DNA of 64,000 bases from Eledone cirrhosa (lineage: Eukaryota), in contig OZ024748.1 in the NCBI GenBank assembly GCA_964016885.1, positions 35,092,001-35,156,000 on the forward strand, read 5' to 3'. Position numbers and translations under genes: made by a program. The first letter of the stretch is position 1. Every line of letters begins with the position of its first letter. Under the pieces are notes generated by a model. That model was given only the letters and a program-made list of their open reading frames with translations. It was not told the origin of the DNA and did no database searches. Of this stretch, positions 1-11,879 are shown piece by piece.

Positions 1-50
1 AATGAACCTCAGATGAAAAGCAAACTCTAAAACAATTAACTTCATCATAC

Positions 51-155
51 CAGTAATATATTGAGGTCACTATAATTGACTCTACCAGTAATATATTGAG
101 GTCACTATAATTGACTCTACCAGTAATATATTGAGGCCACTATAATTGACTCTAC
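51..155 (+). repeat. 35-bp tandem repeat x3 (CAGTAATATATTGAGGTCACTATAATTGACTCTAC), probably within a decayed SINE 3' region
   Basis: Three near-identical units at 51-85, 86-120 and 121-155 read directly. The SINE context is inferred from the flanking sequence. Confidence 0.85.
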
Positions 156-338
156 CCATGTCCCAAAATATGTTGCCTTGTGTCCATGTCAGAAATCATT
201 AATATGGTGTTGGTGTTTCTCTTCTTTGACCATCAAAGGTAGGAGGAGAATTGATGTTTCTTGATTGATTTTTCAATGTCATGTCAATCATTTTACTATC
301 TCTCTCCCCCGCCACTCTCTCTTCCTGTTTCTCTTTAA

Positions 339-912
339 CTCTTAATGTCCTGTACCACATGAAACCACATTAACAAAACATTCCTGAAAAGTACAAAACA
401 GCTCTGTGACTGCACCTCATTAAAGATTGGAGTCTTTTCTTTAATACTACAAATATTTACAGTGATCTGTTTACTAGTAAAGATACTATAAACATTTGAA
501 TTAACAAACTTGTTTAAAGCTATTTTCTATTAAATCATTAATTCAACATAACTAATCTCTCTCTCCTGTTTCTAAAAGCAATAATCCGCAAGCTGGGTGA
601 AAGATGTTGGGGTGGTGGTATTATTGGGTGACAAAGGACTGGGGCTCCTATCATTAAAACTCCCAAGAAACCTCCTGAGATGCAACGGGAGCTAGCTTGT
701 TGGACCTGCCATCAGAAGCTCATATATAATCGAAAATAGCAAAACTACTGAGAAAATTTGTGACATGGTCATGTACATGACTCCTAAGTGGTTTTACTCT
801 AAGACCCCAAATTTCCGCACTACTGTTTCCACTAGTAAAGTTACTATAAACATTTTAATTAAGAGACCCATTTTTAGATGTTTTCTGCTAAACCATTACA
901 GGATGTTAAGAG
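339..912. mobile_element. piggyBac-type non-autonomous element (MITE)
   Basis: TTAA at 335-338 and 913-916. 16-bp TIRs CTCTTAATGTCCTGTA (339-354) and TACAGGATGTTAAGAG (897-912), 2 mismatches. Internal direct repeat ACTAGTAAAG(A/T)TACTATAAACATTT near 473 and 831. No ORF. Confidence 0.65.
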
Positions 913-1028
913 TTAAACAGAATGATGAATAGTTGGTGTGTTTATTAACAAAAGAATGACAACTTTTATTCTTATTTCCATCTAGACTAGGTTGATGACA
1001 ATTTGAGACAGGTAGAAATAAACGTTAC

Positions 1029-1171
1029 CTTGGCTAATTCCACAACAGTGATTCTAGCAAGATTTTGAATTCCTAACCTGGAGTCTGCAATATTAAGGGT
1101 CCATGAGGTTGTGAAGAAGACATAACTAGGGTCTTTGGCAGTGAAATACTTATGAACCACTGGTCTATAGT
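1029..1171 (-). CDS. Candidate internal coding exon of an unidentified host gene
   Basis: ATACAG acceptor and AAG|GTAACG donor flank a 143-nt segment with one open frame (YRPVVHKYFTAKDPSYVFFTTSWTLNIADSRLGIQNLARITVVELAK). No homology recognised. Confidence 0.3.
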
Positions 1172-2828
1172 CTGTATAGCAAGTGTCTTTATATTAGAAA
1201 TTCAAAAATGAGTCGGTTTCAGGTTTGCTTTTTTTTTTCCAGATATATTTGTTATTAATATTTCTCAAGATTTCTTTAAAATGTTGTCATTGATTCTTTG
1301 TGATGAGACAACCTCTCTCTCTCTGCTAACTACACAACTATATGTGGTAGTTTCTCTATTAATGCTAGCTTAGTGCTCCACCCACTCTATCTCTCTCCTT
1401 CTCTCTGTATGTATGTATATATATATACACATACACATATAGAACTTCCCCTTTCACTCTTCGTCTCACCTCCAATTCTTACCTGATTGATTTTCTACTG
1501 CCAGATGCACTGAAGGAAGTGACGTGGGGTGTGGTGGGTTGTATGTGTTTTACTACACAGCTGTCCAGACTAATTAACCCATGGAGGGATAATACTAACA
1601 GTTGTTCAGCAGAGAAGCAAGACATCCATCACCCTAACCACCCTAACCAAAACTGTAATTTTGGCAAATATATGAATTCATTGCTAGAAATATTTTTAAC
1701 TTCCTCTCTCAGTAGTTAGTCTGTCTTATTTGTGGCTGTTGTTGTTGCTGTTATTATTATTGTTGTTGTATACTGATAGCTCCTAGAGTTTTTTGTTTTT
1801 TCTTGGACCAACAAACAATTGACTGACATTCCATGTGAGACTAAAACATATCTCCTCCTCTTTTATAATTTTACTCATTCACTGTCCAAGTCACTTCCTT
1901 AACTTTCCCCAGTCTTCTTCTTCTTCTTCGCCTTCTACTTCTTCTTCTTCATCTTCTACTGATATTCTTGTGTGCAATATTAGCAACGTAGAATTTTTTT
2001 CAATTAATAGAATAAAAAAAGGCAGACTGGGTGTTTAACCCTCTTTAGTCAACTAGGGGTTTCTTTTCTACTACATCAATTTTTTTAAATTCAGATGTCA
2101 ACATTTTGAAAGTATATACATATATAGTGTACAAATATAAATATAGAATACATATATACATATATATATATATATGAATGTATATACATTTGTATGTATA
2201 TATATGTATGTATATATATGAATGTATGTGTGTGTGTGTGGGAGAGTGTAAGAGTGTGTGTGTCTGTGTATGAATAAATGGGGTCTTTTTTTCTTTTCTT
2301 TTTATTAATTTATTTAGCTTGCCATTTTTCTATGGGGAAAATAAATAAAAAAAAAATAAACATCTTGTATAAGAATGTGTTTCTGCTTTGTTTTATAAAT
2401 TTGTTAAAACTTTTCATGTTTTCTGTTCCTCGCAGAGTCAAGGAATTGGCAGATTCATTAGAATATCAGATAAAATAATTTGTGCTATTTCAGCTCTCTC
2501 TGTTTTAAGTTCACCAAAGTCAACTTTGCCTCCTTTCGAGGTAATCAAACAATACCAGTCCAGTTCAGGGGTCATATTTTCCTCTACAAGTATATCTCTT
2601 GCTCACTTCATCTTGAAAAAGAAATCAGCTGTGTTGAAACCCAGAGAAGGGATGCTCTTTGCCAGGTTGGACCAAGACATGCCTTATGTCACACAGAACC
2701 CCTTTAGCTCCTTACACACATACATTACAGCTAAAGAATATGGAGGATCTGCTTACTTAACCCTTTCGATAACTAATCTGGTTCTATAATGTATGTGTGG
2801 ACCTTTAACTCCTGATAGAATCATAGGA

Positions 2829-2899
2829 GTGCCGTAGTGACATACAACATAGTGGTGCCGTAGTGACATACAACATAGTGGTGCTGTAGTGACATACAG
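2829..2899 (+). repeat. 26-bp tandem repeat x2.7 (GTGCCGTAGTGACATACAACATAGTG)
   Basis: Units at 2829-2854 and 2855-2880, plus a partial unit at 2881-2899. Confidence 0.85.
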
Positions 2900-3140
2900 C
2901 TTGTCTTTGGCACTTTTGAAACCTGGGGACCATCCTCTCTAGATGTCTAAACACAGCTGATTTCTGCCAGAGAGAGAGAAAGAGATGTAGAGGAAGAATC
3001 AACCCCAGTATTGGACTGGTATTTCTTTATCGACTTTGAAAGATAAAATTGACCTTGGTGGGTTTCGAATTTAGAGTACAGGGTACCAGAACAAATAGTG
3101 CAAATTCAGACATTCTAAGGACTCTGCAATTTGCCATTTG
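2900..3140 (-). mobile_element. Decayed SINE-like element, with an oppositely oriented relative at ~2490-2700
   Basis: CCCCAGTATTGGACTGGTATTTCTTTATCGAC...TTGACCTTGG is the reverse-complement relative of CAAAGTCAACTTTGCC...ATACCAGTCCAGTTCAGGGGT at ~2515-2571. The two also share AAATCAGCTGTGTT / AACACAGCTGATTT. Confidence 0.5.
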
Positions 3141-3598
3141 ATTCTACAATACAATGCTGTTTAATTTAATGTTAAATTATACTCTAAATATCAGATAAAT
3201 AATGAAAGTTATTAAATCCATTGAAATATCTGCTTATCTTAAAAGTTATTTGAAAACTATTGGCAATGTTTTCATTACAGAGATAGTAATGAAAGTGTTT
3301 ATTATTATTACATTTGAGACCAATATACTCCCCAGGTTACTTCCACAAGTCCAATATATTGGCCTGACAACGCTATTGTGAATCCTGTTTGTGGTTAGAT
3401 TTCGAAGGAGAAAAATGTCTTTGTGTTTCAATAAATTTTTGATACATTCAATAAGGTATCCGTTACATAATATATTGGTATATATTATGTCAGTGATGAC
3501 AACTTAAACCTCATATTATTATTGATATTATAATGACACTCTGATCTAACTCTTAATGTCCTGTACCACATAATACCTCATTGCCAACATTATATATA

Positions 3599-4871
3599 CA
3601 GGGTGCGGACGATATTTGTTAGCAAGATTACTGTCTAGGAAAAAATAACACAGTAGTTTTATTTTTTAAGATATATTTAACAAACTTGGGTCAGTTTGTC
3701 TTCATGACTTGTTCTTTCGATCTCACTCGATAAACCCGCCATTGGCTTTGATGACGGCCTCAGATCCGACTACAGGCCTTCGTCACTGTCTCCTGACTTA
3801 GGCCCCTAAAGGCACTTGTGATCCTGGCCTTCAGATCGTCTTTCATATTGCAGCTAGATCTGTTGGTGTATCGTTCCACTGCGCCCCACACAAAGAAGTC
3901 GAGGGGGTTGCAGTCAGGTGAGCTGGGAGGCCAGATGTCAGGTGAAGTGTGGTCGACGAAGTTCTCTGACAGTCAGGCTTGGGTCTTTCGGCTGGTATGG
4001 CAGGGCACTGAGTCTTGCTGCCGCACGTACGGCCTACCTGCAGCTACCTGGTCGATCCAGGGCTTTACTACCTCACTCAGAACGCGAATGTAGCCATCGG
4101 TGTTCAGCTTGAGGCCCCCAGAGAAGTGAGGTGACATGACATCACCTTGATTGCTGACGACAACTAAGACGAATGTTGTCGCTGGAAACTTTGTCTGCAT
4201 GACTCTGGGCACGTCTTTGGATGAGACAGCGAGCCACCTGTTGTTCTGGGAGTTGATCTTCTGGTCTTGGCAGAAGTTTTTCTCGTCGGAGAAAAACCAC
4301 AGCATGTCTGGCTCCAGAGGGTGTTTCAACTTGTTGATCAGCTTCTTTGCGTGCTTCAGTCGCTTTTCTTGCATCGCCTTTGACAGAAATTGTCTTTTCC
4401 TCATCTTGTATGAAACATAGCGAATGTCTTCATGTACCACCAGCCAAATGAGCTTTTCATCCACGCCTTTCTCCCTTGCAATGACACACATCGACTTGCT
4501 AGGTTCATTGTTGATGATATCCTGAACTTCAGCGACGAACTCGGGAGTTCTGAAGGCGTCAGATCGTCGATCATGTGCTTTCCTCTCTGATGTTGCTTCG
4601 TAGTCGAATCCTGAATCTTCCAATTCCTTTCTGACCTTCTCCACCATTCTCCTGCTGACGCTGAGAAAGTCTGAAATTTCCTTATTTGTCCTCCCGGCGC
4701 GGATTCCAAGAAGTCTCTTCCACAAATTTGGAGGTTCAAAATTATTCATAATCAATTATTCTGAAAATAAATAATGGAAATATAGTCACTGTTTTTATGA
4801 AGACAAGAGTGACAACGGAAGTAAAAAAAATTTGCAGCTGAAAATTGCGAACAAATATCGTCCACACCCTG
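3599..4871 (-). mobile_element. Tc1/mariner-superfamily DNA transposon, DD37D (maT) family, full length (~1.27 kb), defective
   Basis: 27-bp TIRs CAGGGTGCGGACGATATTTGTTAGCAA (from 3599) and TTGCGAACAAATATCGTCCACACCCTG (to 4871), 2 mismatches. TA on the left flank (right flank reads TC) in a TA-rich site. Transposase inside. Confidence 0.93.
3723..4749 (-). pseudogene. DD37D transposase pseudogene
   Basis: HTH-like N-terminus, WFFSDEK, QQDSVPCH, then after a TGA (3973-3975) LSENFVDHTSPDIWPPSSPDCNPLDFFVWG. There are 37 residues between the 2nd and 3rd Asp. The C-terminus EAVIKANGGFIE* is reached via a frameshift. Confidence 0.92.
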
Positions 4872-5574
4872 TCTATATATACACACATTAGTGAAAGTAG
4901 AGAATCTACCGTGAGCTCGACAGTTTCGACTAGCTATATACATTTCATATATATGTGTGTGTGTACAAGAGACAGAGATGTAGGTATATGAAAGAGGTAT
5001 CTAGAAATGATCAGAACAAATTAAAATGCAAGGGAGATAATTCTTACAGTTTCAACTGCAAGTTATATATTTCCATTGCGTTGACTTTGCCTAAAAAATT
5101 TTTAGAGGGAGATTCCAGCACATCTAGTGTCTAGTTGAATGTGGAGGTCTTCTCTCCTCCCTTTTTTTAGTACTGTATATATCTGCATAGTCTTATAAAT
5201 TGAATTGACAGTCTTTTTCTAGTTCTGCTTAGTATCACTTAAGTTAAACTATATACAAAATAACAAGCGGTGATTTATTGAACTGTTATATATTGGATAA
5301 CAAATATTGACAAATGTAAGGAAGAGCAATCTATCTCTAAAGTTTGTTTTGTGTACCCACCTCACCGGAAGCTCTTTTTTCTGCTGACCAATTCAATAAG
5401 TCCGCAGTAAAGATCTATCGGCAACCGTTCGTCTTCTACAAGCTTGCAGGCAATGTTCTCTATTAGTTTTATAAATTGTATTGATATAGTCGTATAGCTA
5501 TTTATTTTTACTCCCTTTTATTTTGTGTGTGTTCGATGATGGGACGAAAGAGACAGTTTTTGAGAACTTCCTTA

Positions 5575-6060
5575 ATTGGATAATGGTCAAATAACAAGTA
5601 GTCCGCTTCACAACCACGTGCTTTCGGGTTCAGTTCCATAGGTAAGTATTTTCGGCACTACAACGCTATTAGCTGTCAGTCGTGAAAGCAGGCGAAGGTG
5701 ACGTCATTCGTCATCGTTTATTTCCGTATTACTACCACCACGCGTAAGTGGAGTTTTCACGCGTTTTTTTTTTTTTTTTTTTTTTTTACTAAAGCATATC
5801 GATGTAAGTGGAGTTACTTAAATGAAAATATAGGTGGCTCTTAAAAGGGCAAAATTAGAAAATAAATTTAAGTTAATTAGAAAGAAAAAAAAACTCCACT
5901 TACGCGTGGTAGTAATACGGAAATAAACGATGTTTTGCTTTCGACTGACAGCGTTGTAGTGGCGTATTTTCTACTATACCCTCGTGAATAAAATTTGGCA
6001 GATGGAAACTGGGCCAAAGTTTGTCGAAGGCAGGACCGCAGTCAAATAACTAAATCCAGT
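5575..6060 (+). mobile_element. Decayed tRNA-derived SINE interrupted by a MITE
   Basis: A-box-like TAATGG and B-box-like GGGTTCAGTTCC. The sequence reads through as GGTAAGTATTTTC|TACTATA once the 5654-5963 insert and one TSD copy are removed. Confidence 0.55.
5654..5963. mobile_element. MITE with 8-bp TSD and long TIRs (Merlin-like)
   Basis: Perfect TSD GTATTTTC at 5646-5653 and 5964-5971. Ends GGCACTACAACGCT and AGCGTTGTAGTGGC. The inverted match extends ~85-105 bp with indels (CATCGTTTATTTCCGTATTACTACCAC(AC)GCGTAAGTGGAGTTTT). An 8-bp TSD with a GG terminus fits Merlin; hAT or P is not excluded. Confidence 0.85.
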
Positions 6061-6189
6061 AAAAGAGTAAATATACACACATGTGTATATAGATTGTGTC
6101 TTTAACTAATCAACATCTATATTGTTTTTAAAGTAACCTATATTTAGTATGGGTAAACTGTGTGATCTGGAGATACGGGTGGTCTGAGT

Positions 6190-6960
6190 CTGCAACAATC
6201 AGAAGGAACTTTGATGTGAATGTTTTCTCATCATAACTGGAGGCTGCTGGCCCAGACCGTAGTGATGGCAAGCACCTGGACGGGATAACCCAAGGGGGTT
6301 AAATCTCTAATTTGGGCTGTAACGTCTCCATCTCTAAACCTTGTCATTTCGGCCACAAACTCAGGCATTGCCCCCGTAATACAGAAGAGAGGAACTAAAA
6401 CTCTGGTGTCCTCGGTTCCCAACTTAGCGTTTTTTCTCCACAGAACTGAGGCCTCCATCATGGATGTGTAAGTATTACTCTACCATGTTCATGTGACTCT
6501 AAAACGAGATGTTCTCAACCTTGGGTCACCATTCCTTTCAATTCTGATCTACCCTTAAGTCTTCAAACTACATCTCATGACGAGCATTTAACTCTTCAGA
6601 TTGAAGAACTGTTTCACCATACCAAAGCTTTTGTATACCTTTCGCAGTGCTTCCTCTTACAGTCATACATCTCGTCACACAGATCTCGATGTTTACATGG
6701 TGTGGAGGAGATAAACAACAACCAGTGGAATATCGGGTGACAACAAGCTACCTTACTCGTCAGATACGGTGGCATTGGTATCTGGTATCCAGGCATTTCT
6801 TTCGTCGTTGACTTCCTGTCGTGCCCTCGTCAACAAGGTTCTCCCTAACACATCAAAGCTTACGGTCAAAATGACTAGAATCCAACTCAGCCTTCACTAT
6901 GGACATCCAATATCACCAACACAAATGGGACAGAATCCTGTGTGACAAACCTTCGGGCAG
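6190..6960 (+). mobile_element. Degenerate CRE-like (RLE-type) non-LTR retrotransposon fragments
   Basis: Manual translation across stops and frameshifts gives the RLE motif LEAAGPDRSDGKHLDGIT...SLIWAVT (~6238-6325). RT C-terminal motifs follow: LGSP (~6520), LKNCFTIPKLLYTFRSA (~6601-6650), QATLLVRYGGIGI (~6744-6783) and PSS...LR...L.L.YG.PI (~6820-6915). Confidence 0.7.
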
Positions 6961-7239
6961 CCTTGTGCACTTTATTGACCAGCAGCGCCTGACAAGATAT
7001 CATTTTACTTTCTAGCCTTAGAGCGTCACCTCGCTAAACGCTGATCCCTCACAGTTAACTGGTACTCAGATGATCACTGTCTATGCACCGGTGTTTCCCT
7101 GAGGTTTGGCTCCTGGATCAGTGAGCAACACAAATGCCGCCTTAACCCACTGCTGTCAAAGTGCCGCCTGAACCCACTACTGTCCTGCTGTCACAGTGCC
7201 GCCTTAACCCACTATCATCTCCCACATAACATATTTCTG

Positions 7240-7472
7240 AAAGGGTATTCAGACACTCCTTCCAGAAGGTTCTATCAGAAACAACCGTCTCCAATTGACC
7301 CGACTGGATCCCCAAGTGAGACCAGCCGAACCCAAGGATGTTATCCAACTATCTTGCTCGTGGTCTACCCCTGGGCCTCCTGTCTGTTGGTTTTGCCTGT
7401 AAAATCTGTCCAACAATTCTTTCCTAATGATCTAACCACATGTCAGAAGTACTGGAGCTGTGATCTCTCGGA
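7240..7472 (-). mobile_element. RTE-type LINE C-terminal fragment
   Basis: The minus strand encodes RSQLQYF*HVVR...ILQAKPTDRRPRGRPRAR*LDNILGFGWSHLGIQSGQLETVVSDRTFWKECL, a typical RTE ORF C-terminus. Confidence 0.7.
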
Positions 7473-8004
7473 TTTAAATTACTGAATCAGAGAGAGGGAG
7501 AGAGTGTGAGGAAGAAAGGATAGGAAGGGGAGAGAGAAATAAAAGGGGAAAGAAAGAAAAATATAGGTAGAGCAGAGATGGAGAGTAGGAAACTAAAGGG
7601 ACATAACTCTTTTAGTCATTGTTACTGTTATTTCGACCGCGACAGCTTTGGGGTGAGTTGATTGTTTTAAGGTAAACTAAAAATCCAGGAAGTATCTATT
7701 TAAAGTTTATGTTTATATATGTATATATATATATATTAATATTCTTTTATTTAATTGTTTTTCTACTTCGTAAAACTAGTAACTCTCCTGTAGTTTTGTG
7801 TCAAATGTTGTTTAGTCCTTCTTACTAAATATTGTCCGCTGGACAACAATTTGGACAGTAGCTTAAAACTATTTATTTAAGGATATTTAATTGATATATT
7901 TGGTTAGAATTTTGAATGTAAAATTTGTTTTTATTGTGACTTTTTAATGTTTTTGTTTTTTTTAAAAACAAATATGGCATTTAAAACCTTTGTAAATAAG
8001 TGTT

Positions 8005-8140
8005 TTACTGTGGACCCCTCCCCCTGCCAACCCTATAATACCTTTCGCGGCGGATTTGATCGCCCACAGGTGCGAGCCCCGCGAGGAGGTGTGTCTGTCC
8101 AGCGTGTCTCCCTCGCCATCCTCAGGGGCATTGTTCATCC
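8005..8140 (+). mobile_element. CRE-like retrotransposon C-terminal fragment
   Basis: GC-rich island encoding EPREEVCL / QRVSLAILRG, resembling the CRE terminal motif GEPR...L.QR.S.A..RGN. Confidence 0.55.
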
Positions 8141-8328
8141 TGTCAGCCGCCGGGACACAGTGGCGGAGGGTAAGTTAGTTGGAGGTGGAGGATACTCGTT
8201 CGGACATCTCACACACACAAAGTTTCTGTTCTAAACAACTTTAACTTTACTGTTTAATCTTTTTGCTAATATTTCATGTGAAACATCATTAAACAACATT
8301 TACTTCTAAACTACGTAGGTTTTAATAT

Positions 8329-8840
8329 CGGAACTCCTTCCTTATCTCTCTCTCTCTCTCTCCCTCTCTCTCTCTCTGAACTCCCTCCTTATCTCTCTCT
8401 CTCTCTCTCCCCCTTCCTAATATCTCTCTCTCTCTGAACTCCCTCCTAATCTCTCTCTCTGAACTCCCTCCTAATCTCTCTCTCGGAACCCCTCATCTCT
8501 CTCTCTCGGAACTCCTTCCTATCTCTCTCTCTGAACTCCCTCCTAATCTCTCTCTCGGAACTCCCTCTTTATCTCTCTCTCTCTCTCTGAACTCCCTCCT
8601 AATCTTTCTCTCGGAACTCCTTCCTAATCTCTCTCTCTGAACTCCATCCTAATCTCTCTCTCGGAACTCCCTCCTTATCTCTCTCTCTCTCGGAACTCCT
8701 TCCTAATCTCTCTCTCTGAATTCCCTCCTAATCTCTCTCTCGGAACTCCCTCCTTATCTCTCTCTCTCTCTATCTCGGAACTCCCTCCTAATCTCTCTCT
8801 CGGAACTCCTTCCTAATCTCTCTCTCTCTGAACTCCTTCC

Positions 8841-8892
<52 letters not shown>

Positions 8893-9782
8893 ATCTCTCT
8901 CTCGGAACTCCTTCCTAATCTCTCTCTCTGAACTCCTTCCTATCTCTCTCTCTGAACTCCCTCCTAATCTCTCTCTCGGAATTCCCTCTTTATCTTTCTC
9001 TCTCTCTCTGAACTCCCTCCTAATCTCTCTCTCGGAATTCCCTCTTTATCTCTCTCTCTCTCTCTGAACTCCCTCCTAATCTCTCTCTCGGAACTCCTTC
9101 CTAATCTCTCTCTCTCTGAACTCCCTCCTAATCTCTCTCTCGGAACTCCTTCCTAATCTCTCTCTCGGAACTCCTTCCTAATCTCTCTCTCTGAACTCCT
9201 TCCTAATCTCTCTCTCTGAACTCCCTCCTTATCTCTCTCTCTCTCTCTCTCCCTCCTTATCTCTCTCTCTCTCGGAACTCCTTCCTAATCTCTCTCTCTG
9301 AACTCCTTCCTATCTCTCTCTCTGAACTCCCTCCTAATCTCTCTCTCGGAATTCCCTCTTTATCTTTCTCTCTCTCTCTGAACTCCCTCCTAATCTCTCT
9401 CTCGGAATTCCCTCTTTATCTCTCTCTCTCTCTCTGAACTCCTTCCTAATCTCTCTCTCTCGGAACTCCTTCCTAATCTCTCTCTCTCTGAACTCCCTCC
9501 TAATCTCTCTCTCGGAACTCCTTCCTAATCTCTCTCTCGGAACTCCTTCCTAATCTCTCTCTCTGAACTCCTTCCTAATCTCTCTCTCTGAACTCCTTCC
9601 TAATCTCTCTCTCTGAACTCCCTCCTTATCTCTCTCTCTCTCTCTCTCCCTCCTTATCTCTCTCTCTCTCGGAACTCCTTCCTAATCTCTCTCTCTGAAC
9701 TCCTTCCTAATCTCTCTCTCTGAACTCCCTCCTAATCTCTCTCTCTGAACTCCTTCCCAATCTCTCTCTCTGAACTCCCTCC

Positions 9783-9817
<35 letters not shown>

Positions 9818-10727
9818 CTAATCTCTCTCTCGGAACTCCCTCCTTATCTCTCTCTCTCTCGGAACTCCTTCCTAATCTCTCTCTCTGAACTCCTTCCTAA
9901 TCTCTCTCTCTGAACTCCCTCCTAATCTCTCTCTCTGAACTCCTTCCTAATCTCTCTCTCGGAACTCCCTCCTTATCTCTCTCTCGGAACTCCTCCCTAA
10001 TCTCTCTCTCTGAACTCCCTCCTAATCTCTCTCTCGGAACTCCTTCCTAATCTCTCTCTCGGAACTCCTTCCTAATCTCTCTCTCTGAACTCCCTCCTAA
10101 TCTCTCTCTCGGAACTCCTTCCTAATCTCTCTCTCTCTGAACTCCCTCCTAATCTCTCTCTCGGAACTCCTTCCTAATCTCTCTCTCGGAACTCCTTCCT
10201 AATCTCTCTCTCTGAACTCCTTCCTAATCTCTCTCTCTGAACTCCCTCCTTATCTCTCTCTCTCTCCCTCCTAATCTCTCTCTCTGAACTCCCTCCTTAT
10301 CTCTCTCTCTCTCTCTCTCCCTCCTAATCTCTCTCTCTCGGAACTCCTTCCTAATCTCTCTCTGAATTCCCTCCTAATCTCTCTCTCGGAACTCCCTCTT
10401 TATCTCTCTCTCTCTCTCTATCTCGGAACTCCCTCCTAATCTCTCTCTCGGAACTCCTTCCTAATCTCTCTCTCTGAACTCCCTCCTAATCTCTCTCTCT
10501 GAACTCCCTCCTTATCTCTCTCTCTCTCCTCCTTATCTCTCTCTCGGAACTCCTTCCTAATCTCTCTCTCTCTCTGAACTCCCTTCTTATCTCTCTCTCT
10601 CCCTCCCTCCTTATCTCTCTCTCTCTCTCCCTCCCTCCTTATCTCTCTCTCTCTCTCCTCATTATCTCTCTCTGAACTCCTTCCTAATCTCTCTCTCAGA
10701 ACTCTCTCTTTATCTCTCTCTCTCCCA
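8329..10727 (+). repeat. ~2.4-kb CT-rich satellite, unit ~25-30 bp: (C/T)(G)GAACTCCYTCCTWATC(TC)n
   Basis: Read directly. The motif GAACTCC(C/T)TCCT(A/T)AT is separated by variable (CT)n. Internal 370-bp duplication (8941 vs 9311). Confidence 0.95.
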
Positions 10728-10925
10728 ATACTAATCCCAACAACTAGTATGTAAATCTACTGATAAGCCATTTTTACAACTACTAAACCCATGTCAATAG
10801 AAAGATGCTGTTTACATTACCACCTTCAACTTCACTTTCCTCCAATTTCATAAACATACATATTTGTCCAAAAAATGTCTTTATATTTGATACATACACA
10901 GACAAACCACAAATATATACTATAC

Positions 10926-11087
10926 ATTGTTAATACACACACACACTTAGACACCACCACACACATACACACTGTTAATACAGCCACACACACACACTTA
11001 GACACCACCACACACATATACACTGTTAATACAACCACACACACATACACACTTAATACAACCACACACACACACTTAGACACCATC
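10926..11087 (+). repeat. CA-rich minisatellite (~49-bp period)
   Basis: Repeating ACACACACTTAGACACCACCACACACATACACACTGTTAATACA units. Confidence 0.8.
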
Positions 11088-11846
11088 ATAAACAATATAT
11101 AGAACACTCCACCAATATGTACGATGACACACAAAATTAAAAACAACTCACATGTTCCCCCTTTTTCTATTTTTTTATTTTCTAATCTCTGAACTGTTGT
11201 ACTTTCTCGATGAAAGATTAACGTCTGATACATTGAAAGTTTTTCTCTTTTTCAGTCAAAGCCTGAACCGGTTTTTGTATTTCCATGTTTGTCATTTTTT
11301 TTATTATATATATATATATATATATGCTCACACACATTTATATATAAGCTGAACACTACATCTGCTCTCTCATAGTACTGATGTCACAAAAATAAAGCAC
11401 ACAACCCACTCTGTAGAGTGACAGTGCTAGTGTCATGACATAAATTATGTATTGTTTAATCCTCATCAAACATTTGATTTGTTTAAAATATTAAAGACAA
11501 ATCCACTGTCAACTACAAGACACATCTTTCAATAATTGACAATTAATGATATTTTCTTAATTCATCACCTTTAAAACTATTATTTCCATAACTGTGATAA
11601 AATGAGATGAAAATAACTGTTCTAATAATCTTTTATATGAAAAAGCTTTGTTAATCTCACTCAAGAAGAATGTATTTTACAGAAAGAATTTGGTGACTAA
11701 CCTGGTCTGGCAGCTATCAACCACAGTGGAGCTATATAAATAATTATTAACATTGTAGTTAACTAATTTAGACAAATGGATTTAAAAAAATTCTTCTGGA
11801 GACATGGTATGATATAATACTCAAGTACATACATACATATATGTGC

Positions 11847-11879
<33 letters not shown>

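Noticed and set aside
1631-1650. Telomere-like CCCTAA repeats
   Set aside because: Only two non-contiguous units, consistent with chance.
6231-6461. Minus-strand 76-aa ORF as a host exon or R4 fragment (HDGGLSSVE in a neighbouring frame)
   Set aside because: The plus strand matches CRE endonuclease motifs better; the minus-strand similarity is too short.
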